Origin: Sedimentisphaerales bacterium
Lineage (GTDB): Bacteria; Planctomycetota; Phycisphaerae; Sedimentisphaerales; SM23-30
Assembly (NCBI GenBank): GCA_963663965.2
Contig: CAXXFK010000008.1
Coordinates: forward strand, 1-61,480
Reading direction: 5' to 3'
Length of the DNA: 61,480 nt
Positions 57,878 through 61,480 of this stretch are shown in pieces (position 1 is the first letter of the stretch; the number at the start of each line of letters is the position of its first letter). Position numbers and translations under genes: made by a program. The notes beneath the pieces are model-generated. The model was not told the origin of the DNA. It saw nothing but the letters and a program-made list of their open reading frames with translations, and searched no databases.

Positions 57878-60253
57878 TTAATATTCGCCAAGCCAACCCT
57901 TCGCGATGGCGGCCAGGTCCTTCAAATCGATCCGGTCATCCGGCCAGGGTTCAATCCTGAGCTGGCCCGGAGAGGGGGGTTGCAGGATATGGCCGGCAAT
58001 TCCAGTCGCCAGCCAGACAATCTGAGCCGGAGTCAAAGCTGTCCGATAGATGCGCCAATCATCCAGCCGGCCCAGAAACAGGCCTGATCGGCCATCTGCT
58101 CCAATGCCGATCAAGCTGGCGGTCTGATGCAGGTCAACCAGGCTGGCTGGCTCATCATGGATCAGGTCAACCAGAATGCCCTGATGGTACAAGGCCATTA
58201 TACCGGCAGGATTATCGATTACCAATGCGTAATGATACCAGCCATTGACGCCGGCTGACTGGGAAGGACTCCAATTCAACCGCTGGGTTCCATGAATGAT
58301 TTCTAACGGCAAAATACCTCCCGGCCATCCTTCCGGATCAACCCAATACCAGAAGGCAATGGTGAGTTGATCAGTAACCGAATCGAAAGTCGCGGCTGGT
58401 ATTTCCAGCCAGAATCGGCCATCAAACTCCAGACAACCACCTCCGGCAGTGCCATTATTTCGCCATTGGCCTTCCAGATTAAAACCTTCCGGTTTAACGA
58501 TAGCATGATGGCCCTGACCGCTGCTGTCTGTGATACTTGCTCCATCCGGTATATCAAAATTGAAAAAGGCCAGCAGGTTGCTGTCAGACGGAGATGCCGC
58601 ATTAACGAGAACAGATTCGGCAAGCCAGCTATCCGTTAACAATACCAGATCATCACTGCCAATCCGGCCATTGCCATTTAAATCAAGTTGTTGGTAATTT
58701 TTAATTTCGGCAGGAACCAGGCGAATCTCATCAAAGCCCACACTGCCCTGGCCGCCGGGTGCGTTGCCGGAAGTAGAGCCGATTTTAAACGATAACCGGG
58801 TTACCTGAGCCAGATCAATCCCGCTGAAATCAATCAGCCTCAACCGTATCAGTTGCCATGAACGGCATTGAGTAGTCGTGGGATCGTCAATTGACAGGGT
58901 ATGGGTTGCCTGACTATCTGACAGGCTGATATGCAAGGCATTAGCCGCCGGATCTCCCCGATACCAGAACGATAAGTCAGCCTGTCGCTTCGACCAGTCC
59001 TGGGGTGAGTCAAAAGGAAGGGTTACTTCGGCAAAGTAGGGGGGCTGGCTGTTGTCAAAACCTACATTAAGATGAAACGCCAGGTAGGGCGAGATTTGGC
59101 TGGTGCTGCCATTGCTGCTGCCATCCTGCCAGTACGCGATGAGCGAGGAATCATTTAATTCATAATCGAAATCATCTATTACTCGATAGTCTGCGGTAGT
59201 AAATGACCAGACGGGCCCGGTTTCGATCAGACCGCCATCATAGAACAGATCGACACGCCAGTACCAGCGCCGGCCTGCTTCCGGTTGCTCGATTTCCAGA
59301 CAGAACCGGCCTGGATCATTCTCACAGCGTGTTGCTGTCGGGCCCAGATAACAGGAGGAATCAGGGGTACCGGTGAGTACCGCTTCATAGGTGTCGCCCA
59401 GATAGACCTGACTGGTACGGGCGTGGATAGGGGCGGCCCAACTCAGAGTGGTCAGGGCTCCAATTCCATCTGTCTCATCGGTTGGAATTGGCAGACTGGC
59501 GGGTTGGGCCAGCGGCGTCGCCTCATACTCCAGATGCAGATCCCTCAGTGCCAGACTGTCGATACCGGTAGATGGATGCAACAGAAAAAAGCTGTTAAAG
59601 GAAGTGGCATTGATATAGTCTGTCGTGGTCTTGACCTGCACCGGACCATCCACATCCACTATGGACGTAATCTCATAAAGGCTGCTGCTCAGGCGGGTAA
59701 TGGTCAATGCCATCTCATACGATTCATCCTGGATCAGAATCGGCCCGCCACCACCCGAACCGAGTGAGGCGGTTCCGGTAGTGCTGCAGGGATTGGCATT
59801 GCCAGACACTCGCCGGTAAAGCGACCCTCCGCCGCTGACATTCCAGCTGACAAAATATCCCATGGTAGTCAAAAAAGCGTTATTCGTATTGACACCATTC
59901 AGATTCTGCTGCAACAGGTTGCCGCCGTTGTTGTATAGACCGAACCGAAAGGTTTCCTTGCTGGCGCTGGCATCCAGAGAGGTGACGGTAAACCGAACGG
60001 TAATCGAACTGCCATCGACATCCAGGGACCGGTCAGGAAAATAGCTCCACAGCAGACCCGTCTGGGCAGTGGCTGAAGGAGTCGTGTCGCTACCCCAATC
60101 GAAAGTGTTGGCCTGAGAATCCGACAGGGCGGGGGTGCCATTTTTAGATCCGGTATACCAAGGTCCGGCCAGTGGTTCAATCTGTCCCCAAGCCGCCAAT
60201 CCAGGCAGTAGAACGACAACTGCCATTGTTAGAAATCTCTCGATAATCCTCAT
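57878..60253 (-). CDS. Secreted multidomain protein: beta-sandwich, FN3-like, CBM11-like, LamG and two separated dockerin-like half-motifs
   Basis: Signal peptide; WYWRVD..GPVWSF; IDDFD...PQDWS..LSFWYRG...FDEIRL; DLNGNGRIGSDDL..SWL; GRLDDWRIY; DDRIDLKDL..GWL. Confidence 0.75.
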   Translation of the reverse strand: MRIIERFLTMAVVVLLPGLAAWGQIEPLAGPWYTGSKNGTPALSDSQANTFDWGSDTTPSATAQTGLLWSYFPDRSLDVDGSSITVRFTVTSLDASASKETFRFGLYNNGGNLLQQNLNGVNTNNAFLTTMGYFVSWNVSGGGSLYRRVSGNANPCSTTGTASLGSGGGGPILIQDESYEMALTITRLSSSLYEITSIVDVDGPVQVKTTTDYINATSFNSFFLLHPSTGIDSLALRDLHLEYEATPLAQPASLPIPTDETDGIGALTTLSWAAPIHARTSQVYLGDTYEAVLTGTPDSSCYLGPTATRCENDPGRFCLEIEQPEAGRRWYWRVDLFYDGGLIETGPVWSFTTADYRVIDDFDYELNDSSLIAYWQDGSSNGSTSQISPYLAFHLNVGFDNSQPPYFAEVTLPFDSPQDWSKRQADLSFWYRGDPAANALHISLSDSQATHTLSIDDPTTTQCRSWQLIRLRLIDFSGIDLAQVTRLSFKIGSTSGNAPGGQGSVGFDEIRLVPAEIKNYQQLDLNGNGRIGSDDLVLLTDSWLAESVLVNAASPSDSNLLAFFNFDIPDGASITDSSGQGHHAIVKPEGFNLEGQWRNNGTAGGGCLEFDGRFWLEIPAATFDSVTDQLTIAFWYWVDPEGWPGGILPLEIIHGTQRLNWSPSQSAGVNGWYHYALVIDNPAGIMALYHQGILVDLIHDEPASLVDLHQTASLIGIGADGRSGLFLGRLDDWRIYRTALTPAQIVWLATGIAGHILQPPSPGQLRIEPWPDDRIDLKDLAAIAKGWLGEY

Positions 60254-60286
60254 GCGATCCTCATGGCTTATAGAATTGAAAAAATG

Positions 60287-60328
60287 AAAAGGGGGGATAG
60301 AAATGGCTCGGAGCCATCTCTATCCCTT
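60287..60328 (-). terminator. Terminator hairpin between the two LamG genes
   Basis: gggataga.atggct/agccat.tctatccc stem with an A-run on the + strand. Confidence 0.65.
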
Positions 60329-60349
60329 GACAGGTTTGTAAAGCAACGG

Positions 60350-61480
60350 TTATTGCAGGCAATCGGGTACCAGCCCGCATTCGAACCAGTCCAGCGCCAA
60401 CAGGGCAAAATCAGCCAGGGTAACCTGACAATCGTCGTCCAGGTCTGCAGTTGGCTTATTGACGCAAATATCGCCGCCTTGAACGCCGGTATATAGCAAC
60501 GCGATCTCAGTATTGGTCAGGTCGTAATTATAGACGCGCAGATCGTCGAGCATACCGGCGAAGAAGTGGTTATTGGCGCGGTTGGCGCCCAGCGCCAGTT
60601 GGCCGAATCGATTATCGACGATCGCACGGGTATCGACCAGCATGCCGTTATAATAGACACGCGTTTCGGTTCCATCACAACAAGCTGCCAAATGAACCCA
60701 GGACGGTTCTACAGGCACCGGCCCAAGTACGACGGTGTTCGTTCCGACATAGCGATAATTCCCGCCGGATATGTCCAGTTGGAAATCCGAGGCGGAACTG
60801 TTATTATTGAACGGAGACGCATTCGTTTCCTGGGCGGGATCGTCAGTCCACATCCATAGCGATACGGAAAAGCGCGGGATCACGGTTTCTTCCGGGAAGG
60901 TATAAACCACCTGGTCGTCCAGACCGTCCAGCGTCAGCGCCTGATCGATCAGACCATCAGCGTAACCGGGATTGCTGACCGGCACGCCGTCATACCCGTT
61001 GGCGACATCATTAGGATCGCCATCCAGCGGCCAGTGGGCCATCAATCGTTTGATCACCAGTTCGGCCGGATCGGAAACGACGCTCTTGCTGTTGGACTCG
61101 ATCGTGATCTGACAATAATAGCTGGATTCATCCGCCAGTGTGGCAGAAGCAACGTTCAGTTGAGCGGCGTTGTCTCCTACGGGTTGGGTAACATCGCCAG
61201 GCAATCCTTTGTACCACTGGTAAGAAAGGCCCTCGGCCGTCTCAGTGAAAGGATTGACCGCGCTGATATTTAAGACCGCCGGATCGCCGGCAAACACATA
61301 GGTGGTTTGGGGCTGTTCGAGGACAGTCGGTTCAGAAAGAATCGTCTGGAAAGACCAGGTCTGGCCGGTAATCACCGGCCGGCCGGCCGATTCGAATTCA
61401 TCGATTCGCCATGAATAGGTCCGGTCCCGCTTGAGGGCAGGCAGCGAATATTCCCCGGCAGCACCATTCACGGGGATTTC
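60350..61480 (-). CDS. FN3-like + Ig + LamG protein with dockerin-like tail; 5' end lies outside the window
   Basis: YSWRIDE..TWSF; SYQWY..ESSYYCQI; AHWPLDGD...FAGMLDDLRVYNYDL; CVNKPTADLDDDCQVTLADF..DWFEC. The frame is open to the window edge. Confidence 0.8.
   Translation of the reverse strand, partial: EIPVNGAAGEYSLPALKRDRTYSWRIDEFESAGRPVITGQTWSFQTILSEPTVLEQPQTTYVFAGDPAVLNISAVNPFTETAEGLSYQWYKGLPGDVTQPVGDNAAQLNVASATLADESSYYCQITIESNSKSVVSDPAELVIKRLMAHWPLDGDPNDVANGYDGVPVSNPGYADGLIDQALTLDGLDDQVVYTFPEETVIPRFSVSLWMWTDDPAQETNASPFNNNSSASDFQLDISGGNYRYVGTNTVVLGPVPVEPSWVHLAACCDGTETRVYYNGMLVDTRAIVDNRFGQLALGANRANNHFFAGMLDDLRVYNYDLTNTEIALLYTGVQGGDICVNKPTADLDDDCQVTLADFALLALDWFECGLVPDCLQ

Noticed and set aside
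56325..61480. tRNA-anchored genomic island
   Set aside because: No integrase, and no duplicated tRNA 3' end was seen within the window; the downstream genes resemble native LamG/sulfatase families.

Overview
Bacterial chromosomal window, probably from Planctomycetota (Phycisphaerae/Sedimentisphaerales-like). This is inferred from prepilin/H-X9-DG (DUF1559-type) proteins, many LamG/Ig proteins with dockerin-like tails, planctomycete-type ECF sigma/FecR pairs and a Tat sulfatase. Contents in order: a triple-LamG protein plus an H-X9-DG pseudopilin; a CecR/YbiH-regulated TolC-YbhGFSR-type ABC efflux operon; a GHL10 hydrolase; an ECF/FecR-LamG-headed cluster of secreted dockerin-tailed proteins ending in a PhoD-like phosphatase; a Gfo/Idh/MocA oxidoreductase; an eight-gene GTPase operon; mlaEFD; pcm; tilS; a C39 peptidase locus; an HU/IHF gene; a cold-shock gene; initiator tRNA-Met; a sulfatase; and further LamG proteins. 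Two candidates stand out. (1) 30187-40288: Zn-ribbon, TRAFAC GTPase, GAP1-N2-like membrane protein, 965-aa helical membrane protein, MotA/TolQ/ExbB channel and two different Asp-bearing ExbD/MotB-like subunits. This looks like a GTPase conflict-type system coupled to an ion-driven membrane motor. (2) 48847-53935: a secreted C39-like peptidase with its own double-glycine-type leader and a 94-aa Cys-rich cargo in cis, next to a pseudopilin and an ECF sigma whose anti-sigma has four tandem zinc-finger repeats. No CRISPR array, rRNA, transposase or integrase was recognised. All family assignments come from reading motifs by eye; no database searches were run.
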